From Octopus sinensis (lineage: Eukaryota), in assembly GCF_006345805.1 (NCBI RefSeq), contig NW_021834427.1, positions 1 to 48,473 of the forward strand: DNA of 48,473 bases, given 5' to 3'. Below are positions 36,395 to 48,473 of this stretch, in pieces (position 1 is the stretch's first letter; each line of letters begins with the position of its first letter). The position numbers and the translations under genes were made by a program. The notes below the pieces were generated by a model that saw only the letters and a list, made by a program, of their open reading frames with translations, made no database searches and was not told the DNA's origin.

Positions 36395-37903
36395 GTGATA
36401 TATATGACAAATTATCCTGTCATAATGAATAATTTAACTGAACCTAAAAACTCTGATACAAGAGAGAAACCATATTTCTGTGATGTCTGTGGAAAATCAT
36501 GTTCTTGTAATAGTGAATTGACTAGTCATAAACATCTTCATACTGGGGAAAGACCATATCATTGTGATATCTGTAGTAAAACATTCTCTCGAAGAGGTCA
36601 CTTGTCTGATCATAAACATATTCATACAGGGGAAAAACCGTATCATTGTAATATCTGTGGTAAAACATTCTCTCAAAGTAATGGCTTAAATAAACACCAG
36701 CGTGTTCACACAGGAGAGAAACCATATCATTGTGATATCTGTGGCAAATCATTTTCTTGGAATAGCACTTTAAATCAACATAAACGTATTCATACAGGAG
36801 AGAAGCCATTTCATTGTAATATCTGCGGTAAATCATTTTCTTGTAATAGTCAATTGACTGATCATAAACGTATTCATACAGGGGAAAAACCATATCATTG
36901 TGATATATGTGGTGAATCATTCTCTCAAATAAGTCACTTCTCTATTCACAAACGTATTCATACAGGAGAGAAGCCATTTCATTGTGATATCTGTGGTAAA
37001 TCATTTTCTTGTAATAGTGACTTGACTAAACATAAACGTATTCATACTGGGGAAAAGCCATTTCATTGTGATATCTGTGGTAGATCATTCTCTCAAAGGA
37101 TTGCCTTGACTAAACACACATTCACACATACAGGAGAGAAACCTCATCATTGTGATATCTGTGGTAAATCCTTCTCTCGTAGTGGCACTTTAATTCAACA
37201 TAAACGTATTCATACGGGTGAGAAGCCATTTCATTGTAATATCTGTGGTGAAGCATTCTCTAACAAAAGTTACTTCTCTATTCACAAACGTATTCATACA
37301 GGAGAGAAGCCATTTCATTGTGATATCTGTGGTAAATCATTCATTGAAAGTGGTAGCTTGAGTAAACACAAGCGTGTTCATACTGGGGAAAAACCCTATC
37401 ATTGTAATACTTGTGGTAAATCATTCTCTTACACTGGTCAATTGTGTAGACATAAACGCATGCATAATGGGGAGAAACCGTATCATTGTGATATCTGTGG
37501 TAAATCATTCTCTGAAAGAAGTTGCTTGACCATTCACAAGCGTACACATACAGGAGAGAAGCCATATCGTTGTAATATCTGCGGTGTATCATTTTCTGCT
37601 AATAGCAATTTAACTCAACATAAACGTATTCATACTGGGGAGAAACCATATCATTGTGATATTTGTGGTAAATCATTCTCTTGGAGAAGTCACTTGACTG
37701 TCCATAAACGTATTCATGCAGGAGAGAAGCCATATCGTTGTGATATCTGTGGCAAATCATTTTCTTGTAATAGTCACTTGACTAACCACAAGCGTGTTCA
37801 TACAGGAGAGAAGCCATATCGTTGTAATATCTGTGGTAAATCATTCTCTCAAAGAGGTGTCCTAACTAAACACCAGTGCAGGTTAGAAACCATATCATTG
37901 TGA
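36395..37903 (+). CDS. C2H2 zinc-finger protein A3 (16 intact fingers plus a truncated 17th)
   Basis: Open 502-codon frame. Likely ATG at 36404 or 36425. Predicted acceptor TTTCAG at 36019. Two decayed fingers follow out of frame to about 38045. Confidence 0.92.
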   Translation: MIYMTNYPVIMNNLTEPKNSDTREKPYFCDVCGKSCSCNSELTSHKHLHTGERPYHCDICSKTFSRRGHLSDHKHIHTGEKPYHCNICGKTFSQSNGLNKHQRVHTGEKPYHCDICGKSFSWNSTLNQHKRIHTGEKPFHCNICGKSFSCNSQLTDHKRIHTGEKPYHCDICGESFSQISHFSIHKRIHTGEKPFHCDICGKSFSCNSDLTKHKRIHTGEKPFHCDICGRSFSQRIALTKHTFTHTGEKPHHCDICGKSFSRSGTLIQHKRIHTGEKPFHCNICGEAFSNKSYFSIHKRIHTGEKPFHCDICGKSFIESGSLSKHKRVHTGEKPYHCNTCGKSFSYTGQLCRHKRMHNGEKPYHCDICGKSFSERSCLTIHKRTHTGEKPYRCNICGVSFSANSNLTQHKRIHTGEKPYHCDICGKSFSWRSHLTVHKRIHAGEKPYRCDICGKSFSCNSHLTNHKRVHTGEKPYRCNICGKSFSQRGVLTKHQCRLETISL

Positions 37904-38054
37904 TATCTGTGGTAAATCATTCTCATACAATGGTGACTTCACTAATTATAAGCATATTCATACTGGGGAAAAACAATATCATTGTGATATCTATGGTAAA
38001 TCATTCTCTCAAAAACGCCATTTAAGTACACGTGAGTATTCACACAAAAGTGCA

Positions 38055-38350
38055 ACCATTCAGTATTAATCTTTATTACAACATTTATGGCTATTTTTTC
38101 CTGCTGAAAGACAGGGCTATTTTTCTCTGCTGAAAATATGATGTTATTGACTTCATTTTCAATAATGTCAACATCGAATTCATGAATGTCATGTATATAT
38201 ATGGAATTATATCAACAATGCCTTTGATTTCTGAAGATGATTGCTCTGGATTTTTGAGCAATTTGTTTTGAGAGAATAAAGAAATGGGAATAATGAATAA
38301 AAGGTTACACTGAAGTTGATTTTGTCTATGTGTTTTCATCATTGTCGCTG
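38055..38350 (+). other. Type A 3' module of A3
   Basis: Homolog of 1590-1895. AATAAA at 38275 and 38296. Confidence 0.7.
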
Positions 38351-38583
38351 TTATCATCATCAATCTTTAATGAAATTTCCTTTTTTGCTGGCATGGGTGG
38401 CACAGTGTGACATGAGCTGGCAAACCGTAATGCTGCACTAGGTTCCAGTCTAATTTGTTTGGGTTTCTTTGGGTGTATTCTCCTAATACAGTTTATGCTG
38501 TGTGCTTCAAATATTTGTGTGCATATATGCACACACACACACATATATATATGTGTGTATGTATGTATATATATATATATATA

Positions 38584-38973
38584 CATGCAGTATCACCCGG
38601 TGTTGCTTGGGTGTGTATCGACCCTTCAGAATTGGAATTTTTGAAAAGTAAAAATTTTGCATTATGCAACTTGTTATTCTCTTTAAGTGAACATTTTTCC
38701 AGTTGAAATACACCGAAAAAATGGTGACACAGCAGTCAAAAATTGTAAAAAATAGGGATTTTCATAGAAAAAAACCACCTTATTAATGTAAATAATTTTT
38801 GGTGTTAACCTGGTCTGATTTGAATTTTATCTCCTATAGAATGAAGAGCAAGCCTTCTCCTATCATACTCTCAATTTTGGTCAACTTGCGCTGCAGGGTC
38901 TTGAAGGAGATAGTGTTTGTTGAAGGCTACCAAAACTTCCACACACAGACAACTTCAGCTTCGTATATATAGA
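38584..38973 (-). mobile_element. Non-autonomous Helitron
   Basis: Minus-strand 5' end A|TCTATATAT at 38973, with a degenerate hairpin/CTAG 3' end at 38584. Homologous to 40843-41200 and 43754-44159. Confidence 0.7.
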
Positions 38974-40029
38974 TTTGCAACACACTACTTTCCATCCTTA
39001 ATAATGAAACTTGGTAGATCTAAAAGTTAAACACACAGACACACAAGTTGTGTTTTATATATAGAGATTTCTCAACAGGGATTACAGGGGAGAGTTTCAG
39101 GGAGTCACTGGTGATGTATCGTGATGATCAAAAATCCGGCCTGCTAAAATTTGGTCAAAGTGATTCAAACTGCAGACTCAACGCAAAATGGTCGCATTTA
39201 ATTCAAAGCGTTAAAAATGTTATGAAAACAATTGGTATGTGTTCACTAAGTCCAAACGATTAATACGAAAAAAACCCTCCAGGCTGCATCCGGAAAATTC
39301 ATTTCTTTGCTGAATTTCTACAATGTTTACGGCGATTCGTGTTTATATCTTGATTTTTTATTTTTCATGCTTGCAAGCGTAGTGAAATCAGTTCACGCCA
39401 AACTGCTGACTGAGTAAAGTTCACTATTCAATGCATGGGATAAGGCCTAAATGAACACATTATCGATTATTGCACTTGCGAGATGAATTTCGGAACAGAA
39501 ATAGTGCAGTTCAATTTTCATTCGCCTAAACTTTAAGTGACCCATTATTGGTGGTTCTACGATTTGTTGGCTAGGAGGAGCTGTGCCGGGAAGTTAACCA
39601 CACAGACACACAAGTTGAGTTTTATATAAATAGACATATCATCATCATCATCATCATCCAATGAAAAAAAATATAGAATTCCAATGATACCGAGGGGGTG
39701 GGGCGCCCCACTTTTTCCAAGCAAAAATAAGGAGTTTGCAGCACATTGCGCGGTCAGGGTACTTGATTCCATGTAAAAAAATCTGAGTTTTTTTGTTTTT
39801 CTTTATGAAAATATCAGAATTTACCCGAAATTCTTCAGGACTCCAACTTCTCCGAAAAAAATTGTGACAACAAATTCGTATGTAATCGTAATCTATACCA
39901 TCTAAAAAGTATTATTATCGTAATCTACCTCATCAGAAATGTAGTCATGGAAAACTTTTAATTACCGTTAATCTACCAAATCATCATCATCATTTAACGC
40001 CCACTTTCCATGCTAGCATGGGTTGGACG

Positions 40030-40170
40030 ATTTGACTGAGGTCTGGCAAACCAGACTCCAATCTGATATCTGGCAGAGTTTCTACAGCTGGATGCCCTTC
40101 CTAACGCCAACCAGCTGTAGAAACTCTGCCAGATCAGATTGGAGTCAGGTTTGCCAGACCTCAGTCAAAT
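40030..40170. repeat. Foldback hairpin inside a family C copy
   Basis: Arms 40030-40091 and 40111-40170, 19-nt loop, one mismatch and one 2-nt bulge. Confidence 0.92.
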
Positions 40171-40514
40171 ATACATATATATATATGTATAAATGATAAG
40201 AAGACAAAGAAAATTGTTTAACACATCGTGGCTGGGCAGTAAAAACAGTTCCTCTGGTACTGAAATTCGTGTGATGGGTGGAAAGTTATTTGAACATTGG
40301 CGACGGAAAATGGGAGAAGCTATTAAATAGATAACTTGACATTTGCTCAGGAATTAAACAATGAAGATATTTATGTTTGTGGTGGCGACGTTGTGTGATC
40401 TGCAGTAGAGTAGACTAAATCGCCTCCCACCAAGCAAACGAACTTCGTGGCCTTAGAGTGTTTAGGCAAGGGAAGAGAGATGCAAAAAAAAAAAAGAGAA
40501 ATATATATATATAT

Positions 40515-40818
40515 GTCGGTGGCACATAAGAAAACACCATCCGAGCGTGGCCGCCTGCCAGCCTCGTCTGGCACCTGTGTCGGTGGCACATAAAAAACAC
40601 CATCCGAGCGTGGCCGTCTGCCACCTGTGTCGGTGGCACATAAAATCACCCACTACACTCTCGGAGTGGTTGGCGTTAGGAAGGGCATCCAGCTGTAGAA
40701 ACACTGCCAGATCTGACTGGCCTGGTGCAGCCTTCGGGCTTGCCAGACCCCAGTTGAACCGTCCAACCCATGCTAGCATGGAAAGCGGACGTTAAACGAT
40801 GATGATGATGATGATGAT
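40515..40818 (+). mobile_element. Family C copy
   Basis: Core and (gat)n tail. Confidence 0.8.
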
Positions 40819-40842
40819 ATATATATACATATAATTCTCATT

Positions 40843-41200
40843 ATATATATATAAAGCTGAAGTTGTTTGTGTATGGCAGGTTTGGTAGCCTTCAACTAAC
40901 ACTATCTCCCCCGAGACCCTGCGGTGCAAGTTGACCAAAATTGTATGATAGAAGAATAAAAAAATTCTAATCAGACCATGTTAAGACCAAAAATTATTTA
41001 CATTAAAAATGTGCTTTTTCTCTGAAAATCCCTGTTTTTTACGATTTTTTGACTCCTGTGTCATCATTTTGCGGTGTATTTACCAGAAAAATGTTCACTT
41101 AAAGAGAATAACAAACTGCATTGTGCAAAATTTTTACTTTTCAAAAATTTCAATTCTAAAGGGTCGAAAAGAAAATAAGCCCGAGCAACACGGACGCTAG
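40843..41200 (+). mobile_element. Non-autonomous Helitron
   Basis: Ends cccgagcaacacggacgCTAG|T at 41200. Reverse-complement homolog of 43754-44159. Confidence 0.7.
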
Positions 41201-41611
41201 TCGGGCGGTGCTGACATCTTCCACGTTCGGGTGGTTCTTTTTACGTATCACCAGCACGTAGATGCAGCTTGTCGGCTGGAAGGCTGAGGATCGAGGCCGT
41301 ATATCATGCACAATATGAGGGCTCAACAAGACGTGGTTTTCAGCTCCAATGTCACTAGAGAGAGAGCGTTCATAGGTAGTGTGGAATTGCAACAGATGCT
41401 AATCCGTCAACCCTGCACACAAAACAGGAATGATTTGGGTGGAAGGGGACCGGAATGGGGTAGCCATTGACATCATGAACTATTGGGAAAATGTATACCC
41501 CTCAATGGTCGACTGTGGTCCAGAGCATATGGCTATATGGAGAGAGGTCAGAGCGGAGAGTGCTGCCGAAATTGCCAGAGGACAATGGAGGTAGTCTTCT
41601 GGTACAACATA

Positions 41612-41835
41612 CCTATTTCTTTATAACCCACAAGGGGCTAAACATAGAGAAGACAAACAACGACAGACATAGGTATTAAGTCGATTACATCGACCCCAGT
41701 GCGTAACCGGTACTTAATTTATCGATCCCGAAAGGATGAAAGGCAAAGTCGACCTCGGCGGAATTTGAACTCAGAACGTAACGACAGACGAAATAACGCT
41801 ACGTATTTCGCCCAGTGTGCTAACGGTCCTGCCTA
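41612..41835 (-). mobile_element. SINE family S1
   Basis: Near-complete copy matching 3697-3917. Confidence 0.8.
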
Positions 41836-42024
41836 CCGTCCAGGTTAGGGCAAACCGAAGCTTCTGCCTCGAAAAGAGCCATATTCTAGTGAAATGGGAG
41901 GTATCTCAGCATGGTGTCTGTACAGTTCGAAGACGAGGTGTGGGTGAAGACCCTGAATGCTTGTGTAAGGCACTGGCCATAAATTTATAACAGACGGACT
42001 ATAGACAGGAACCTCACAGCAGTG

Positions 42025-42378
42025 AGTGTTTTCTAGCGGTGTCATATGAAATTGTCACCCATACTTATGACCCTAGTATCGATCTATTGCATTTCAATGT
42101 TTAGGGTTAGGGTTGGGGGAGGAAGGGTATCTTTTTTCTTCAGAAATGTAAATAAAAACAATCTGTTTCTTAAACGAGGGACATATTCATACAGCACAGA
42201 ATGTTTTCACATCAATAGACGTCATTGATTGGTTGAAATTGCAGAAATTGAAGAAAAAAACAACAAATATCTTACAAACTATAGAATTTTCTCAATAAAG
42301 CCAAGTATACGAAGTTTAAAAGTGTTTAGTTACGTGGAAATTATTTTAAAAAACTGCCGGTCAAACCGAAAAGATCCT
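42025..42378. mobile_element. GGGATC-TIR MITE (left end lost)
   Basis: Paralogous to 33545-33918. Confidence 0.8.
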
Positions 42379-42419
42379 AGAATATACAAGTAAACTTCGT
42401 TAAAATAATCTAAGTATTT

Positions 42420-42657
42420 TTAAAAAACTTGAAGATGGATTTATTCACAGAAAGGGACAAAGTTAAAAAAACACCGGAACGAATCCAACAAGTCAGTAGC
42501 GCTCTCTATTGGAGAATTAAGGAAATACAATCATATCAAGGGGAAACAACTTCTACACCACATCAACCACGAGACCAAAATAGCTAATTAGGGAAGTTAA
42601 TTAGGGAGGTTAATTACCGATCACTGAGTCACTGTTTATTTGTGAATACGGTAAGTT
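42420..42657 (+). promoter_or_regulatory. Predicted promoter, exon 1 and donor of ZNF A4
   Basis: CCGGAA at 42474, gcgctctctattgg at 42499-42512, ACG|GTAAGT at 42651. Confidence 0.6.
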
Positions 42658-42974
42658 GACAAAGATTTGCTTTAAGGCTGTAATAGTGTTGATAATACTA
42701 CTAATAATAAGGTAAATAATAGAATTCTGTGAACCTCTCGATGTTACAGTAATTATTTTTCCAAGCGGGCACCTGACAATAATTAGGAAAATATATTTGT
42801 TCGTCTTAAGTAACAAATTCCAAACTGAAATGTTGATTTGTTGTTTATAAAATACTGTGACCGACTGTTACATGTGATATAAAGTAAATTAGTTGGTAAA
42901 AATGAATGTAATGTGGCATAATTAATTAGTAAAATGAGAGGAAACCGATTGAAGAAACTACATTAATATATTTC

Positions 42975-43459
42975 TTGCATTTCGGGAATTTCAACCAATC
43001 AATGACGTCTGTTGCGGTGAAAACGATTTCTGAAGAAAAAAAACGATACCCTTCCCCCCAACCCTAACCCTAAAAGAGATTGAAATGCAATAGATCGATA
43101 TTAGGGACATAATTATGGGTGGACACTAAAAAGGGAACTGTTTTGTTATCCAGCTCTGTTTACGAGAGACCCCTCAGTTTATGGTCACAGGGTATCGTTT
43201 TTCTCATAAAAGGGACATTTTCATATGACGCCGCCTGTAGATGTTACGGCAGAAATCGTTTTCACCTCAATAGACGTCTTTGATTGGTTGAAATTGCCGA
43301 AATTAAACAACAAATATGTTACAAACTACAGAAATTTCTCAATAAAGCCAAGAGAAAAAGATGTTTTATAAACTCATTCTACCAGTATACGAAGTTTAGA
43401 AGTGTTTAAGTTAGATAAAAATTATTTTTAAAAACTGCCGTTCAAACCGAAAAGATCCA
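42975..43459. mobile_element. Remnant of the long GGGATC-TIR MITE
   Basis: Shares the internal junction attatgggtggacactaaa with 35331-35350. Confidence 0.75.
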
Positions 43460-43753
43460 ATAATTTTTTTACACAAAATAATTTTAAACAAAGTAAATAA
43501 AACACAAAAACATAAAGTAAGGCTCGACTCGTCACGGCTAGCAAGCGCGGATGCGCGCACCGGGACCCCTGTTGTCAAGGATTACCCAACACTGTAGCAG
43601 TCTGGTCGTGTCCCCTTGGACTGTCTCAGGGCTAAACATAAAAAATAACCCGGAAAGAGACAAATCAGGCAGTGACGACGAATGTGCAAAGCAGACCAGC
43701 GATTTGTAGCGACATCTGATGGTCTGGTCGATCACATGGTATATATATATTTA

Positions 43754-44159
43754 CTAGCAGTATAGCCCGGCATTGCTCGGGTTTGTTTTATAGTTGTGCT
43801 TAAAACGACCCTTTAGAATTGGAATTTTCGAAAAGTAAAAATTTTGCATTATGTAGCTTGTTATTCTCTTTAAGTGAACATTTTTCTGGTTGAAATACAC
43901 CGAAAAATGATGACACAGCAGTCAAAAAATCGTAAAAAATAGGGCTTTTCATAGAAAAAAAGCACCTCTTTGATGTAAATAATTTTTGATCTTAACATGT
44001 TCTGATTTGAATTTTTCCTTCTACAAAAGGAAGAGCAAGCTTTCTTCTATCATACTCTTAATTTTGGTCAACTTGCGCCACAGGGTCTCGGAGGAGATGG
44101 TGCTAGTTGAAGGCTACCAAACCTGACACACAGACAACTTCAGCTTTATATATATATAT
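43754..44159 (-). mobile_element. Non-autonomous Helitron
   Basis: Minus-strand 3' end cccgagcaatgccgggctatactgCTAG|T. Confidence 0.75.
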
Positions 44160-44160
44160 G

Positions 44161-44365
44161 TACTGGGTTGTCTGGAAAGTTTGTGCCGAGTTATAGTAGC
44201 TTACCTTTCGACTTATTTTAGAACATGGTTGAGTCCATAAAATAGGAAATATGGATACGCATTGTGCAAGAAAATGGTTCATATTTGGTTGATTAAAAAT
44301 GTAATGGCAAGTATTTATTGACCTATTTCTTTCCTTTAAAAATGAACTTTCCGGACAACCCAATA
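44161..44365 (+). mobile_element. Internally deleted mariner element
   Basis: TA flanks and TIRs (c/t)tgggttgtc(t/c)ggaaagtt. Retains the transposase C-terminus WIRIVQENGSYLVD*. Confidence 0.8.
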
Positions 44366-44649
44366 TTAAAATTTTCATAGAACCTCTCATCTTCCTTCTG
44401 GGACCTTAAAAAAAAAGAAAAAGAAAGCAAAATTGATTTCAGTGATGGCTGCACCCCATCCTAGAACCGACATCTTGGAGAGGTCTCCATCCTTGAACTC
44501 TTGTAAGTACAATGGTAAAGTGACTAAACAAATAAATATATGGTGAATACATGTCAAATTGAAGGAGAGGTCTCTCTCTCCCTACCTACCTATCTGTCTG
44601 TCTGCCTACCTGTCGGTCAATCTATCTTTCTATTTATTTATATGTATCC

Positions 44650-44965
44650 GAACATGGCCGCCTCGACTGGCTTCTGTGCCGATAGCACATAAAAAGTACC
44701 ATCCGAACGTGACCGATGCCAGCTGGCTTTCGTACCAGTGGTACGTAAAAAGCACCATTGATCGTGGCCATTTGCCAGCCTCGTCTGGCACGTAAAAAGC
44801 ACCCACTACACTCACGGAGTGGTTGGCGTTAGGCAGGGCATCCAGCTGTAGAAACACTGCCAGATCAGACTGGGCCTGGTGCAGCCTTCTGGCTTCCCAG
44901 ATCCCTGGTCGAACCATCCAACCCATGCTAGCATGGAAAGCGGACGTTAATTGATGATGATGATG
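44650..44965 (+). mobile_element. Family C copy
   Basis: Core and (gat)n tail. Confidence 0.8.
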
Positions 44966-45983
44966 TATTAAAAGAAAAACAGGACGCAAAGGATTTTGCG
45001 GTACATATGTTTCGGGCTTTATTGAACAACTTATTCTTATATCAATGCATAATTGATATAACATATAGATCAAAAGCCTTCTTCAGCTGCGTACAATTAC
45101 CACACCAAAGACATGTATCACATTATAACAGGTTTGAGAAAAAACTGAGTTTCATTGGGAAAGTAAATCCTCATAGGCATACATGGTATTATTAGACTCC
45201 AAAACAAATCGTCCATACCTTTTCTTCACTCGATAAAGAATGAATACTGGGTAGATTACTTCATATAAGGGAAGGAATTGGATCTTCATTGTTCTGGAAC
45301 CTCACCCCCCTAAAAAACCAAAAACAATGATGTCCTCTTATAAACAAAAAAAAAACATTTGTTTTATATAAATGAACAACCTGTTTGCACTTTCGCAAAA
45401 TTTTGACTAGTCCAAAGAATGAACAAAATCACCAATAATAATGAATAAATAAAAGAACTTTTCCAAAATTCTGGCGGCTTCAGTGTTGATGTTGAAATAT
45501 TTGCAATGTTGAATTATACTGTTGTTTGACTTCCCTCTTTATCTCAATGCTTCTTTTTCTATTTCAGAATATCACATCCTGTTGACGTAAAAGAAACTTC
45601 TTCATTCAGATGTGCCTCTGATATTTCTATTGGCTTTCATCAATTAAAGGAAGACCATATATTCATAAGGCACATTCATCAACGCATCAACTTCTTTGTA
45701 TGAACAAAATCTTCAACAAACGATGGGAAAATATTTCTTCTGGACTATGTAATTAACAACAATATTTTTGTTGTCTTCATTATCTGGAATGTAGAGGAGA
45801 TAATCAATTTACAGATTAAATTTGCTTCGTTAACTTTACAAAAGAGTTCACAATATACATCTATTTTAGTAAAATCACTAATGAAAAAAACATATTCTCT
45901 GAAAATAGTGATAAAACTGGACACAAACTTTCATAGAAATGAAAAACACGATATCATTGTGACATGTATGACAAATTATTGTA

Positions 45984-46893
<910 letters not shown>

Positions 46894-47044
46894 TATGTCA
46901 GTGTCAAAATTTATTACAACTGGACAAAAATTATGAATATTATGTCAGATGAAAAACAGGGTTTATTCCTCTTCAAGCTTCATGTTATCAACTTCAATTT
47001 CATCAATGTTAATATGAAATTTATGAATAACAACTTCAACATCA

Positions 47045-47245
47045 TATCATCATCATCATCGTTTAACGTCTGCTTTCCATGCTAGTATGAGTGGGACGAT
47101 TTGACTGAGGTCTGGCGAACCAGAAGGCTGCACGAGACTCCAATCTTGATCTGGCTGAGTTTCTACAGCTGGATACACTTCCTAACGCCAACCACTCCGA
47201 GAGTGTAGAGGGTGCTTTTACATGCCACCGTCAGGCACTACTGGC
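47045..47245 (-). mobile_element. Family C copy interrupting the A4 3' module
   Basis: The module runs 46900-47040 and resumes at about 47255 (gaagaggattgtgctg). Confidence 0.8.
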
Positions 47246-47399
47246 ATATATAAATGAAGAGGATTGTGCTGAATTTTTGAGGAATTTGTTATGAGAGACG
47301 CCAATCAGGCGACGCTAGTATCTGCCGCATTCGGGCGGTGCTTTTCACGTGTCACCAGCACGAGTGTCTTAACTACTATTTCCATTTGATTTTTTATTT

Positions 47400-47730
47400 T
47401 GATGTTCAATATCAAAATTTATTACATGAAAACAATTGTGACTGTTTTGTCTGCTAAAGGACAGAGATTTTTCCTCTTCAAATTTCACGTTATCAACACC
47501 AGTTTTAGCAGTATCAACATCAAATTCATGGATATCAACCCGAATGTCGTGTATATACAATATACCTGAAATATATGAACACAACAATGCTTTTGATTTC
47601 TGAAGATGATCGTGCTGGATTTTTGAAGAATTTGTTTTGAGAGAATAAAGAAATGGAAATAATGAATAAAAGGTTAAACTGTTGACTTTGTCCATCTTGT
47701 TTTTTAATCACCATCATCATCATCATTATC
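47400..47730 (+). other. Orphan type A 3' module with no ZNF ORF in front
   Basis: Homolog of 1590-1895. AATAAA at 47644 and 47665. Confidence 0.7.
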
Positions 47731-47809
47731 ATCCTATAGTAATATTTTCCATCCTGGGAAAATAAAGAGCGAGAGAGATGAATATATTTATATATGTGTG
47801 TGTGTGTGT

Positions 47810-48060
47810 GGATGCGCAATGGCCCAGTGGTTAGGGCAGTGGACTTGTGCTCATAGGATCGCAGTTTCGTTTCCCAGACCGGGCATTGTGTGTGTTTATT
47901 GAGCGAAAACACCTAAAAGCTCCCTTTCACCACAACTTTCTGCTGTTGGCCTGCTCGCTTAGCCAGTGGGGTGGCATCATTTGAAGGCTAAAACAATGTG
48001 AAGCACATTGTGACCAGCGATGTGTAGCAACATCTTATAGCTTGGTCGGTCATGGTGATA
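47810..48060 (+). mobile_element. tRNA-derived SINE family E
   Basis: Head tggcccagtggttagggcagtggact...gtttcgtttccc is A/B-box-like. The body gaccagcgatgtgtagcaacatc also occurs at 43695. Confidence 0.55.
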
Positions 48061-48153
48061 TATGTGTGTGTGTATTATATATATATATATATATATAAAA
48101 TAGTGTACATTTAAACACAAGAGAAAACTATCTTTAGCAGGTAAGTTTTACAC

Positions 48154-48232
48154 GCTAGAAGAAGCAGTCAAAACGACCAAGACCACATTTAAGAGCAATG
48201 TGGTTTTGGTCATTTTAACTGCTTCTTCTAGC
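48154..48232. repeat. Inverted repeat (36-bp arms, 7-nt loop)
   Basis: 33 of 36 positions are complementary. Confidence 0.9.
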
Positions 48233-48329
48233 ATTGTTGTCTATTGACTTTTATACATGCTAGGCCACTGGTGGTGAAATTTCTAAAGATATTTGACATC
48301 CTATATATTTACATATCTATATATATAAA

Positions 48330-48473
48330 CGATGGACTACTTTCAGTTTCCGTCTAACAAATCCACTCACACAGCTTTGGTCAGCTCGTGGCTATAGTAA
48401 AAGACACTTGTCCAAGGTGTCACGCAGTGGGACTGAACCTGGAACCATGTGGTTGGGAAGCAAACTTCTTACC
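48330..48473 (-). mobile_element. SINE family A, cut by the window end
   Basis: ttcagtttccgtctaacaaatccactcac...gggactgaacctggaaccatgtgg. Confidence 0.8.

Noticed and set aside
41200-42020. Possible CR1-like LINE remnants around the SINE at 41612
   Set aside because: Translations are too degenerate to assign by eye.

Overview
AT-rich eukaryotic DNA containing a tandem cluster of seven C2H2 zinc-finger (ZNF) loci in a dense matrix of SINEs, LINE fragments, MITEs, Helitrons and microsatellites. The finger/linker DNA and repeat landscape strongly suggest an octopus (coleoid cephalopod) ZNF cluster. This is inference; no database search was run. The loci form two subfamilies. Type A: A1 at 314-1583 (broken), A5 at 21188-21754 (minus strand, pseudogene), A2 at 27459-28319, A3 at 36395-37903, and A4 at 45984-46893 (frameshifted by a perfect 124-bp duplication). 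Type B: B1 at 10555-11772 and B2 at 15465-16772. Comparing paralogs by eye gives a repeated cassette: promoter module, short first exon ending in GTAAGT, TE-filled intron, TTTCAG/TTTTAG acceptor, single ZNF-only coding exon, conserved 3' module. The most notable observations are: (1) both B genes keep an in-frame UAG between an ATG and an intact extra finger, a candidate for readthrough or A-to-I recoding; (2) three type A promoter modules carry a CTCF-like site; (3) Helitron 3' ends point into two ZNF genes; (4) an unclassified 6-bp-TSD MITE family clusters at the promoters; (5) several near-perfect foldback hairpins are present. All coordinates, counts and identities were read by eye, and repeat boundaries are approximate.
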